A stretch of 64,000 nt of DNA from Octopus bimaculoides (taxonomy: Eukaryota): the NCBI RefSeq assembly GCF_001194135.2, contig NC_068982.1, forward strand, positions 145,149,001 to 145,213,000, written 5' to 3'. Below the pieces are notes generated by a model. The model made no database searches, was not told where the DNA came from, and saw only the letters and a list, made by a program, of their open reading frames with translations. This document shows, one piece after another, positions 38,386-50,034 of this stretch. Within the stretch, counting starts at the first letter, position 1, and each line of letters starts with the position of its first letter. The translations under genes and the position numbers were made by a program.

Positions 38386-39304
38386 CTAACGAGAAAAAAG
38401 AGTAAAAATCTTGCTCACATTGAAAGATCGTACTTTTCGTTTGTGCTATTGTCTTTTTTATTATTTTCGAGAAACTTTTTATAAGGGCATTTGTATTGTG
38501 TCATATAATTTTTTTGTGACATTGAGTATGGCGTGACTGAACTAACGAAGAAGCCTCTACACAGTCACTCGACGACATTCAAGAAATAGCAGTCAAATTT
38601 TTCCTCAAATAGAAAGGGAAAATGTACAGATTAGAATAATATTGTGTACAAAGCGAAACCAAGAGGTTTCAACTGTCTCAACTGATTTTAGTCTGCATTT
38701 GGACGGAATTTTCTATACCTTTATTCTAAGAATTTAGCCCCAGCTCGACGCTGATTCACCTCACCTATAAGCAAATACGATTCATTTGTGTCCATTCTAT
38801 CTTCTTCCATATACAATCTAGTTAGGATCTCTATTATTGAATGTGAATGTCCTCGCTTTAAGAAGGTTGAGTGAGATTTGTGAGCTTTTGACTGTTATAT
38901 GTACTATGTCGACTGCACAGAGCAGTGGCTCATAAGATTTTTACGATTCTAAATCACCAGATACCCTAAAAGAATATCTAAAATAGCCCCATATCCACGT
39001 TGTCATCTTCGTCATCACCCATGTAATTCAAAACATATCGATGGTTTGGTTTTACGTTATATGATATCCAGAAAAGAATAGTTGAGAAAATGAAAATAAT
39101 TTTATGATATATTTTCGTAGAAAATCGACAAACGTCATGTACAAGCTCGCTACATCTAATTTACAACGTTATATCCTTTCACCTGCTTCAGATAATAAAT
39201 CAATTGATTTATTTATTACAGCTGAGTTTCATTACAAAAAGAAAGAAAACTAAAACGTGTAATGTACTTTATATCTCGCCTACGTAATAACAGTGACTCT
39301 TACT

Positions 39305-40345
39305 TATTCAGTGATATTTTTCCGATTTTTTATGCGTAGTAAGAACTTAAAATTGGGTTAAAATTACCGATAGTGTTAACGACGTGTCAAATGACCCGAC
39401 AATAAATTCTTCCTCGTTGATTTTGGGCTCAATAATATAGAAAATCTTGTTTCACAAGCATACGTAATTGTGAAGAGAATCAAAATATTAATTGCACTCA
39501 CAGCCAAGCTTGCGTAAGCTGTCGTCTGTTTACACAAAATCAGCTCGGTTAAACTTCCGAAATCAGGCTTTCTTTCTTAACTTTGTGCAGAAGTCATTTA
39601 AATCAAAATTTACTGGATTATTGCACTCACAGTTGCAATATCAATCGAAAAAGGGTTTTGGATCCAAACGAATCAATGTTAAGATCTCAGTTTTGGATTT
39701 CCAAGTGATTTCGATTTCCTGACGTATTTCACATGCCATATTCCCTAATGATATCGTCAAGAATTGGAAGGTTCAATGAATTTCAGCTTTCAATACGACT
39801 CCAAATTGCTAATTTTCTGGTAACTATCAAAAGCTTTCCTTTAGCTCGAACAATGCCCATACCCTCTCCCTACATTGAAACGCACAAATCATTATGGAAA
39901 CTGAAATTATCGGTCAAATATCCCAGGCTAACAATAAAATGCTGATCTTTAAAATGATTTACGAAGGTGGGTTGCTGATGATTGAGCAATTCGAGGATTT
40001 CAAACTGAAGTTCCACTACATCTGCGTAAACAAGTGATCGTATTTAATGATTATACCGCTTTGTGGTTTATTAAAACGTAATGATTTTTCTCCAGTCTCA
40101 TTACAGAACTTTTGTTTTAGTGGATGGCTCACTGCATATCTATCAGTAATGTTGACTGCTTGCATGACACTTATTCTCATCACTTCTTAAAGTTTCATCA
40201 CCATAGTTTTAAATGCCATGGCTGGTGAAGTAGAATAAATGTGTGGTCAACATATGCAGATCTTTCTATTTCACCAGGGAAATAAATTTAGAAGTTTTGC
40301 GAATCATGGCAGGAGCCATAGAAACAGACAGACCCAATCAAATCC
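39305..40345 (-). mobile_element. hAT (Charlie/Buster-like) transposase pseudogene, C-terminal ~340 codons
   Basis: Frameshifted DGAPAM remnant, AFKTMVMKL*EVM..VMQAVN..FCNETGE, LGYLTDNFSFHNDLCVSM*GEG..RKLAIW, and dimerisation domain YASLAVSAINILILFTITYACETRFS..H*. Confidence 0.85.
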
Positions 40346-40686
40346 CACAGCGACCTTTTGATATAAAATCATAACGTACACCTATTATGGTTACCTATTA
40401 TGGTTGTAGTTCTGAGTGGATGACAAAATAAAAAATTCTTCCCTGACGTTCTTCTCAGGAGCATAGTATTTAAGTACAAATAATGTGTGTTTGAAACACA
40501 GTTGAGTCATCGAGCTGCATGCAGGTTTTACTGGAACTGTTTTAAACACACTGACAACTATTTAATCTCTCAGAAATAAATGAACAAATTCTTAATCTTG
40601 CTGACTGCCTGATTTGATATACCCTGACATATCTCTTTATGTCTTTGGTACACAGTGCTAATAAACGGGAACACAAGACTCAGTCG

Positions 40687-40839
40687 TTTCATGGTATTCT
40701 TTTATGGCATAGCTTTTATCATCTCCTGCGCATTAGTCTTACCTCGGTTTCCTCCAATTGTGTGAGGTTTCATGGCATCCTTTCACAGCATCATCTCTTG
40801 CGCCCTGGTCTTACCTAAGATTCCTCCAATTGTGTGAGG
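40687..40839 (+). repeat. Diverged tandem duplication (81 bp + 72 bp units)
   Basis: Both units contain TTTCATGG..CATCTC.TGCGC..GTCTTACCT...TTCCTCCAATTGTGTGAGG. Confidence 0.8.
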
Positions 40840-41271
40840 CTTCTTTTATTTTCCAAATATATAGGAAACATTACCGAAAGATCAGAGATCTTCCGTAATG
40901 AGCCAGTCCATACAAGAGAAGAGTTTGTTTTGGGTCAAAACAAAGTCTTTTCAAGTACGAAACATCAACTGAAATGTTATACTTTTTTGCTCTTAGTTTC
41001 GAGATGTTCTCCTAGTCTTAACGAAATCCCGCTCATTATCACAGCTTCAACTTGGTCTGTCGTACAAATGAAGCAAATGTCGACATATTCATTAATCCAT
41101 AAATAGTTTTATATCAAATGAAAATATACTTATCGCTCTTGAAGGCTGGATGTAATATTTATATTCAAATTTGTAGCCAAAAGAGCAGCACATGTCTATT
41201 AATCTTAGAAGTAGTAAAGACATATAAGTAGACCGAAAATTCATAAAACTGATAAGTAATGTATAAGTGCA

Positions 41272-41428
41272 AGCTTAGTCATATGGTCTAGAAGTTCACT
41301 ACGCAACCACGTGGTTTTGAATTTAGTCCTATTATGCAACAACCATGGACAAGTATCTTCCAATATACCCCAGGTTAACCAATAGTTAGTGAATCTGGTA
41401 GACGGGAGCTGCTTGGAAGCCTATCACA
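41272..41428 (+). mobile_element. SINE family B 5' part, old
   Basis: CAACCACGTGGTTTTGAATTTAGTCC..GGACAAGTATCTTC..GGTAGACGGGAGCTG. Confidence 0.55.
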
Positions 41429-41714
41429 TATTATATATATATATATATATATATATANNNNNNNNNNNNNNNNNNNNNNNNNNNNNNNNNNNNNNNNNNN
41501 NNNNNNNNNNNNNNNNNNNNNNNNNNNNNNNNNNNNNNNNNNNNNNNNNNNNNNNNNNNNNNNNNNNNNNNNNNNNNNNNNNNNNNNNNNNNNNNNNNNN
41601 NNNNNNNNNNNNNNNNNNNNNNNNNNNNNNNNNNNNNNNNNNNNNNNNNNNNNNNNNNNNNNNNNNNNNNNNNNNNNNNNNNNNNNNNNNNNNNNNNNNN
41701 NNNNNNNNNNNNNN

Positions 41715-41751
<37 letters not shown>

Positions 41752-41755
41752 CATA

Positions 41756-42365
41756 CAGCGTTCGGTGAATAAACTGTCGTCAAAATTACGCAAAAATGAA
41801 AATAACACTGACATCTCATTTTTACAGATATATGTACCAAAATTACATAAAAGGATCTTGAAATACTAAACAGTAAATTTATTCAATAAAATCGCCATTG
41901 GCTTCAGCTACGGCCTCCAGACGACTTCGGAATCTCCTGCAACTCTCTTGGACGGCCTCCTTGTTTAAGTTGGTGAATACTCCCATAACTCTTGCCTTCA
42001 GTTCATCTTTGGTGTTACAAGGAGTTTTGTTGGCCTCTCGCTCAGCTGCCGTTCACACATAATAATCAAAGGGGTTGCAGTCTGGGGTGTTAGGTGGCCA
42101 GATGTTAGGAGTGATATGGCCGCAGAAATTGTTTGACAGCCATGACTGCTTGTGTAGCATGGTGCAGAGTCCTTTTGTGCTAGATATAGGGTTTTCCAGC
42201 AGCCACCCTCTTGACCCAGAGCAGCACTACCTCCTCCAGACACTTGATGTAGGCTTCCGTTTTGAGTTTGAGGCCGCATGGGAAGATGAATAGGGGCATA
42301 CCGTCGCCACCACTAGTGATGACTCCAAACACTATGATGATGACTGGATGTTTGATTTTTATCAC
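41756..42365 (-). mobile_element. Tc1/mariner maT (DD37D-like) transposon 3' half
   Basis: HPVIIIVFGVITSGGDGMPLFIFPCGLKLKTEAYIKCLEEVV; KDSAPCYTS; WLSNNFCGHITPNIWPPNTPDCNPFDYYV*..NKTPCNTKDELKARV..FRSRLEAVAEANGDFIE* (stop 41879-41881); end TA-CAGCG. Confidence 0.9.
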
Positions 42366-42539
42366 TCTCAGTACATGCACTGTTCTAAGACTGACACCCA
42401 AGCAAATCAGCACAAGCTCTTAAATGATGGTGGGGACAAACACAAACAAATGCATATACGTGTCTGTGTGCACATCGTATACATACATACATACATACAT
42501 ACATACATGCATGCATGTATGTATACATACGACGCGCAC

Positions 42540-42660
42540 ACGGAAATTATATGCCTGTGCTTGTCTTTGTCCCCACTACCGATGAACAACCTGTGCTGTT
42601 TTGCTTACGCTCCCGTAACGTAGCGGTTGGCGAAATGGTACCAGTAGAAAAGATACTAAA
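42540..42660 (+). mobile_element. SINE family B tail fragment
   Basis: TTTGTCCCC..GAACAACC..TTACGCTCCCGTAACGTAGCGGTTGGCGAAA. Confidence 0.55.
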
Positions 42661-44680
42661 TTTGCAAGAAAAATAAGGTGAAAAAAATGTACTGTTGGAG
42701 AATAGAAGACGTACTAAATTTGAAAAAATTTTTTTTAAATGGGTGTAAAAAAAATGTATTGCGTTAGATTAGGCACTAGACAGAAGACATATTAAACTGG
42801 CAAAAAGAAAAAAAAAAGGTATGGAGGTAGATTTGATAGGCGAAAACCTTCAAGACACGGCTAAAGTTTAGTGACTGAAATAAGTACAAGAATATAAGAA
42901 TGTAACAGTGAGAAGCAATGCTACGACACCTCCATAAAAATGATTGTGTTTTCAGTAGAATTATCGTACACCACTATTAAATGCAATGCGAAGGTAGAAA
43001 TCGTGTCCCATACTTCTAGCTTAGAAGAAGCATGAACTCCTATAAAAAGGTAAAAAAAAAAAACAACAACTCGTGAAGGAGTTTCTTTGTTGGTTCGTAA
43101 GAAAGTGTATGTAGAAATATGTAGGAAAGATAAATTCAGCAGCTGTCTGCGTTAGCCAGAGTCGAATGGGATTAAGCGTATTGTTGTCCAAAATGTTGGT
43201 GTGTGTACAGTTCCATAACTGATACATTGGCATTTAATTTTCATTTTATTTCTTTATACAAGAGAAATCCTGTTAGAATAAAAGAAAAATATCAGAAATC
43301 TCGAGAAAGTTATCAAAACAAACATGGAGACAGTATGCTGGACAAACCGGAAGTGTAAGAAATTTAACTCTAATTGCATTTAGAAAGTCAGCGAGAGAGA
43401 TAGAGATGGAGAGAGAGAGAAAGAGAGAGGGAGAGGGAGAGAGAAGCGAGAGTAAGAGAGATAGAGACAGAAGAAGAAATTATAGCATTTATAAATAAAT
43501 TACGTGCTACAACTGAAAAAGAATTCTCTTATCTAAAGACTTTGAAGTTGCTCAAGGTAAAATTTAAACGTGGGAGTGTGGAAGCGAAATGTAGCGATGG
43601 TGCGAACGAAGAACTTTATTGGCCTTTCTTGCGCAAGATAGATGTTATTTGTGTCCACACACACACACACACACACACACACGAGCGCGCGCACAGTGTT
43701 CTTAATTAACTTCTTTAAAGGTAAGTACTAAACGGTTTGCTTTTATTACACACATATGTTGTACACACATCCAAACGACGTATACATCAATTCAACACGC
43801 GCACACACACGGACACACACTCACACACGCAGACACACACACACACACAAGATACGTATACATGCATACACATGTGTGTGTATGCGTATGTGTGTGTGTG
43901 TGTGTATGTGTGTGTGTGTGTGTGTGTATGTGTGTGTATTTGTGTGTGTGTGAATGTGTATGTGTACGTGTGCGTGTGTGTATTTGTTTGCGTATGTGTC
44001 TGGAGCAATAATTTTCATCGAAGCACGAAGAAAAAAAAAAGGAAGAAAAGGAATATGACGAATAAAACTGTATATAAACCTTCACATAAATAACTATTTT
44101 ATTGGTGGTGTTTGCAAAAAGACATATAAATGTAAATATCAAATAGATGTTATAACTTCCCTCCATTTTATTCTATGAAATCTAAGGAACGAAATAGTGT
44201 ATGTGAAGAACAGTTCAGATTAATTAATGAATGAAATAAAGATAAGGAAGTTAGAGTCATTGCTAGTGGCGGAGTTGAGTGCTTCAAGAAGAACGGTGGT
44301 GGTAGTGCTTCTATGATATGCTTCTACGAAGGTAATATACCATTCTTTTGTTAACTCATCTTTATCGTAACATCTCGCAAAACACATTCTAGCACTCGCA
44401 TATATTTTCTTTTACACGTGAATATATTTACGTATCTTTAAACATATGCTTATCTTACCCTTACATAAACAGACAGACAAAAGCATGTACAACACATACT
44501 CACACATATACGCATAGTTATTTATGCATAAATATATACATAATTATAATATGTATTGTATGTGCGTATAAATGCATACATACTTATATATACCTTCATG
44601 CATACATAAATGCATATTTGTACACACACTTACACGCATACACACACAAACACACACATGTATATATATATATGCATGTG

Positions 44681-44730
<50 letters not shown>

Positions 44731-45793
44731 CGCATATATATNNNNNNNNNNNNNNNNNNNNNNNNNNNNNNNNNNNNNNNNNNNNNNNNNNNNNNNNNNN
44801 NNNNNNNNNNNNNNNNNNNNNNNNNNNNNNNNNNNNNNNNNNNNNNNNNNNNNNNNNNNNNNNNNNNNNNNNNNNNNNNNNNNNNNNNNNNNNNNNNNNN
44901 NNNNNNNNNNNNNNNNNNNNNNNNNNNNNNNNNNNNNNNNNNNNNNNNNNNNNNNNNNNNNNNNNNNNNNNNNNNNNNNNNNNNNNNNNNNNNNNNNNNN
45001 NNNNNNNNNNNNNNNNNNNNNNNNNNNNNNNNNNNNNNNNNNNNNNNNNNNNNNNNNNNNNNNNNNNNNNNNNNNNNNNNNNNNNNNNNNNNNNNNNNNN
45101 NNNNNNNNNNNNNNNNNNNNNNNNNNNNNNNNNNNNNNNNNNNNNNNNNNNNNNNNNNNNNNNNNNNNNNNNNNNNNNNNNNNNNNNNNNNNNNNNNNNN
45201 NNNNNNNNNNNNNNNNNNNNNNNNNNNNNNNNNNNNNNNNNNNNNNNNNNNNNNNNNNNNNNNNNNNNNNNNNNNNNNNNNNNNNNNNNNNNNNNNNNNN
45301 NNNNNNNNNNNNNNNNNNNNNNNNNNNNNNNNNNNNNNNNNNNNNNNNNNNNNNNNNNNATATATGCATGTATATGGATATATGAATAGATACAGATAGG
45401 TAGACAGATATATATATATATATATATATATATACGTATAATTTATGTGCATGCACGGATAAATACATGAATTCGGCATGTTTAATATATATATACATAT
45501 ACAAACACTTATGAGTGTGTGTGTGTATGTGTGTGCGTGCGTACGTGCGTATGCCTCTGTGTGTGAGTATGTGTGTGTGTAGCTCTGTGTGTACGTGTGT
45601 GTCCGTGTGTGTAAATGTATATATGCAGATACGCATTTGCATTATTTACTCAAAGTCAATAATGTGATTAAAACAACAAAGACAAATAATAAACAGAATG
45701 AAAACATCGCCAAAAACCTTCCATGAAGAAAATGATTCTTTGCTACATGAAGCATCTTATTATTTGTATAAGCTATATTTACTTTCTTTCTAG

Positions 45794-45819
45794 TGAATTA
45801 TTCAATGAAAGACTGCACG
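45794..45819 (+). CDS. Weak candidate exon 1 of a plus-strand chain
   Basis: Acceptor tatttactttctttctag|, donor ACG|gtaatt; NYSMKDCT, phase 1 to 0. Confidence 0.22.
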
Positions 45820-46603
45820 GTAATTGCACAAGAATGTTTACAGAATGAAATAAATATCGACATAAGTAGCGATTTTACTTGGCGAAGTTTTCCTATTAAT
45901 CTTTCGAATGCTTACATCACTTCAATCAGGTTTCATAAACTCTTGAGAGGCAAAAACAAATGCAAACAAACATGAACAAAAACAACAAAGAAAGTTACAA
46001 AAAGGCCCAAAACAAAAATAAAACATAAGCTGTTAATAGTTCAAACAATATGCACAATAATCGCAGAATATTTAAGATAGTGCAAGTAAGAAATACTACT
46101 TCCACAACAGCATTATAGTAGAGTATGGAATATCAAATACTAACATATTATAACTGCGATGTAAGTAACATATTGAGAAGGATGAATATTCTTTCAACAA
46201 GTGTCAAAGAAGAAGCATAAAGTGGACTAACATTTTACAAAACAAGCAACATACTGAGATATAACATCCAGAAAAGTACAGTAATATTGATTTCTAACTT
46301 CGGCATAAAGCCACAATATTTGCTGAGAGAGTAATTGTCGATTATATTGACTAGTGCAAGGCGGCAAACTGGCTGAGTCGTTAGACTATTGGAGAGAACG
46401 TATTGTATTTGATTCAGATCTCTTTGCTTTGAGTTCAAACGGCGCTTTCTGTCTTTTATAGTGTCGAATAATGTCACCAGTATTAGGGCGGATTCTTCTT
46501 CGAAGCAGTCAATGATAAAACCACGAGAAGGGTGGGTTTAAATACCAATATATTTACTAGGGTCAATCTAATCTTTATTTCTTTCCCATTTTTTTTCTTT
46601 CAG

Positions 46604-46664
46604 AATCGATTACTCTACACCGTTGGGAGTTTCGTGGAGGGATCACTCGCAGCATTCCCGAAAG
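46604..46664 (+). CDS. Candidate exon 2 of a plus-strand chain
   Basis: Very strong acceptor (ctaat branch, tttctttcccattttttttctttcag|), weak donor AAG|gtagtg; NRLLYTVGSFVEGSLAAFPK, phase 0 to 1; GC-richer than the flanks. Confidence 0.3.
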
Positions 46665-47466
46665 GTAGTGAAGAGGAACGAGGGACTAACTAACTTTTTT
46701 CACAAAAAATAAACAACAAAAAAACTGATAGGCTACTGGAACTGTATGAAATGGTTAGGTAAGCAGTAGAGTGCAGAAGAAAAGAACAAAAAAATTGACA
46801 AATATTTTATTTTATCAATTCACAGAAGTTTGAAAGGTAAAGTTAGCCTTTGTAGGATTTGAACTCAAGATGGCTTCGTCTTCTATAATGATTCATTTCA
46901 TCGAAGATATTTTCAAAGAAAATTAAACTGACACCAGTAGTTGATTAAAATGATAAAGAATAAATTTGACATTGTCCGATTTTGTATCTATAGCGTAACG
47001 TCAACATTTCTACTTATTGACGATCGAGGTAGTGTTATGAGTAACATCTTTGATTGCATCATACCAAATGTTAACCTATGCAATGAAGGGGGTCTCTACG
47101 CAATTGTTTTATCTGCTAGAAATGGGGGCCAAACCTCCCCTAAATTACTCATACTTTCTTAGAAAACATGTTCAATAATGTAGTCAGATATACTAAATCT
47201 AAAAAGACAGCTAGAATTTCTTTGATCAAAGTTCAATTAATGATGACTTGTGGTTAAATAACATCAGACAAATATTACCTAAGCCAACGATGCTTCGTTG
47301 TTCGCTTGACCGGCTAAAATTGCAGCTAGATATTCTTTAAGTCACATCATACTCTTCTAAAGAGAACACTATACTGGATAAACGTGTATCAGAGTTTACA
47401 GCTGTAGACGCATATCGGCGCCTCCCTGAAATTACTTGCTTTGTGCAAAACTTTGAAACCAATATT

Positions 47467-47681
47467 CTCTTCTACACTAGGCACAAGGCCCGAATTTTGG
47501 GGGAGGGGACCAGTCAATTAGATCGACCTCAGTACACAAATAGTACTTATTACATCGATTCAGAAAAGATGAGAGACAAAGTCGAACTCGACGGAATTTC
47601 AACTCAGAACGTAAAGACAGACGAAATACTGCTAAGCATTTCGCCCGGCGTGCTAAAGATTCTGCCAGCTCACTGCCTTCA
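47467..47681 (-). mobile_element. SINE family A monomer with perfect 15-bp TSD
   Basis: TTTGAAACCAATATT at 47452-47466 and 47682-47696. Confidence 0.92.
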
Positions 47682-47705
47682 TTTGAAACCAATATTAGAA
47701 CGTCG

Positions 47706-48362
47706 AAGGCAATGAGGTGGCAGAATCCACGCTGGACAAAGGATGCGAGCTGGCAGAATCGTTAGCACGCCTGGCAAAATACTTAACGCTACTTCGTCCG
47801 TCTTTACGTTCTGAGTTGAAATTCCGCTGAGGTCGACTTTGCCTTTCATCCCTTCGGGGTCGATAAATTAAGTACCAGTCACGCACTGGGGTCAATGTAA
47901 TCGACTTAATCCCTTTGCCTGTCCTTATTTGTCCCCTCTATGTCAAGCCTCTTGTGGGCAATAAAGAAATAAGAAACGTTAGCTCGCCGGGCGAAATGCT
48001 TAGCTGCATTTCGTCTGTCTTTATGTTCTAAGTTTAAATTCCGCCGAGGTCGACTTTGTCTTTCATCCTTTCGGGGTCGATAAATTAATTACCAGTTGCG
48101 TTCTGGGATCGATCTAATCGAATGGCCTCCTCCCCCAAAATTTCGGGCCTTGTGCCTTGAGTAGAAAAGAATTCGCGTTGGACAAAATGCTAAGCGGCAT
48201 TTCTTCTGTTCTGTTCTTTATGTTCTGAGTTCAAATACTGCCGAGGCCGCTTATGCCTTTCCTCCCTTTCGGAATCGATAAGTTAAAGTACCAGTAAGTT
48301 ACTCGGGTTGATGTAATCGACTAGCTTCTCCCTTCAAAAACTGCTGGCCTTGTGACAATAAA
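47706..48362 (+). mobile_element. Older SINE family A monomer split by a nested dimer
   Basis: Head 47706-47740 continues after 48186 (AATGCTAAGCGGCATTTC..GAGTTCAAATAC..GGCCTTGTG). Confidence 0.8.
47741..48173 (+). mobile_element. Dimeric SINE family A, nested insertion
   Basis: Same two-monomer structure and linker as 29671-30103; TSD CACGCTGGACAAA (47728-47740) / CGCGTTGGACAAA (48174-48186). Confidence 0.9.
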
Positions 48363-49387
48363 TTCTGTACTCATTCAACTGATTATAAGTAACAAAAATA
48401 AATGATTGATGGAAAAAAATAAGTATACAAAATAAAAAATGTTCAAAACCTCTAGTTTCTTCTTATGTTTCAGAATATGAAAATATTAAATATTTTCAGT
48501 ATAAGATAGCAGCAATTTCAAACGATCAATAGCCCAATAAATACATTATATTGTACACTTATTTTTCAAACCTAAAATATCAACTGATCAATTCTTGTTA
48601 TCCGCACAGACTTGCTGTTCGTAATACAATTTGGCATAGACAACATTGACGCTAAATAAAACCCAATTAAGAAGATATTGTGACGTCTTCGCACACGCAG
48701 CTCCACACTCTTTCTTGTGATTTTAACACCGAAATTATTTTAAAATAAAACAAACTATGTATAATACAGAAATATATAACTAACACCAACGTTTCTTTAA
48801 TATCCAGTTTGTGAGTGAATTCAGCGAAGCCGATAGTAACTTTAATGCTTACATATTTGTCATAACTAGAGTGAATGAGGATAAACTGATCTAGAACTTA
48901 AGATGACGCAAAACCTACGCAAAGAGAGAAGATGGCTGCCTAAATAAACATTAAGTGATAGCGACAGAAGATAAGTGGGAGATAGAGTGACAGGTAGATA
49001 AATAATAAATGTAGATGCTGACAGAGGCAAGGTTGTAAGTAAATATGAAAAAGAGCTAAATATAACTACACACATACGCGCGTGCGCGTATATGTTCATA
49101 CATACATAAGTACATATATGTTGAGAGATATATAGGTAGATAAATATATGTATATGTGCGTGTGCGTGTTATACATGTATAAACACATAAAGAGTGGGAA
49201 GGAAATTTAATATATAAAGAGAATGAAAGTGTATGAGATATTTAAGAAATGCTTGTGTCTGTACTACGTAGAAACCGAAGAAAACGCATATCAGCTTCTA
49301 ATACACTCAATACCACAAGTGACACTTTAAGCATTTGTTCTTATTTTATTTGAATGAAGTTTCACGGTTTTTCTTTCATCTTCTCAG

Positions 49388-49674
49388 CCAGGAGGGATGG
49401 CGGTGTCTATGACCCTTTACAGGGCCTCCGAGATATAGGGGAGGGAGAGAAGAAGGTGTTTTTAAACTTGAGGAATTGTCTCAATGCTTGTAACAAAACG
49501 AACTTCGCTAAAGGTACCCAAAGTTTAGATGGTGGTGATAAGCCGTGCGATGGATTAACTCTAGTTCCCAATGAGGCCATGGCGATATTTGAACCCAGAA
49601 AACTGATAAAATACCACCAGGCATCTGGTACGACGGTCTTAGAGTTCCGCCAATCCTTTGCCACGGATTGGTAG
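49388..49674 (+). CDS. Candidate terminal exon (antisense to a probable CR1 remnant)
   Basis: Strong acceptor ttttctttcatcttctcag|; phase-1 frame open about 95 codons to TAG (ARRDGGVYDPLQG...SFATDW*); no recognisable domain. Confidence 0.25.
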
Positions 49675-49688
49675 TTTCTTGATCTAAG
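49390..49688 (-). mobile_element. Decayed CR1-like LINE RT C-terminal remnant (tentative)
   Basis: Minus strand IGGTL..GILSVFWVQISPWPHW..IHRTAYHHHLNFGYL*RSSF, loosely like DLG..DSKLSW..HI......AY..L.F..R.F, then EAL*RV like LERVQ. Confidence 0.4.
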
Positions 49689-49689
49689 C

Positions 49690-49808
49690 TGAAGGAAGTA
49701 AAAGTGAAGCTGGCATTGAAAAGGTTTGAACTCAGAGACTCTCGAACAAGAACAAATATTACGAAGCATTCTAGCAGACGCTCTAACGACTTCGCCATTT
49801 CGCGTCTT
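49690..49808 (-). mobile_element. SINE family A head, degenerate
   Basis: TTTGAACTCAGAG..AAGCATTCTAGCAGACGCTCTAACGACTTCGCCA. Confidence 0.55.
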
Positions 49809-49809
49809 G

Positions 49810-50034
49810 CAATGTCCGAACGCAAGTTACCCGACAGTAAATCAAGACTCAATAAATACTTAATATTCCATTCTTTTCAATTATTCCAAATATGAATATT
49901 TAAAAATTCAACGCTGTGACTTAAAATTACCATTTTTCCCAACGTTTGTCTATTTATTAGCGGAGTTTCATATATAATAATTTTTTGGAATTAAATGGTT
50001 TTGAATTACTGTCAGGTGACTTTTGCCAACACTG
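49810..50034. mobile_element. Degenerate Tc1-type MITE
   Basis: AAGTTACCCGACAGTAAATCAA matches the reverse complement of the right end (AAGTCACCTGACAGTAATTCAA) at 19/22; right end is CACTG-TA. Confidence 0.55.

Noticed and set aside
39490-39660. Two GTGAGT donors on the minus strand suggesting small exons
   Set aside because: They lie inside the hAT transposase fossil
46604-46690. Hammerhead or HDV-like ribozyme
   Set aside because: No complete CUGAnGA core with compatible stems on either strand
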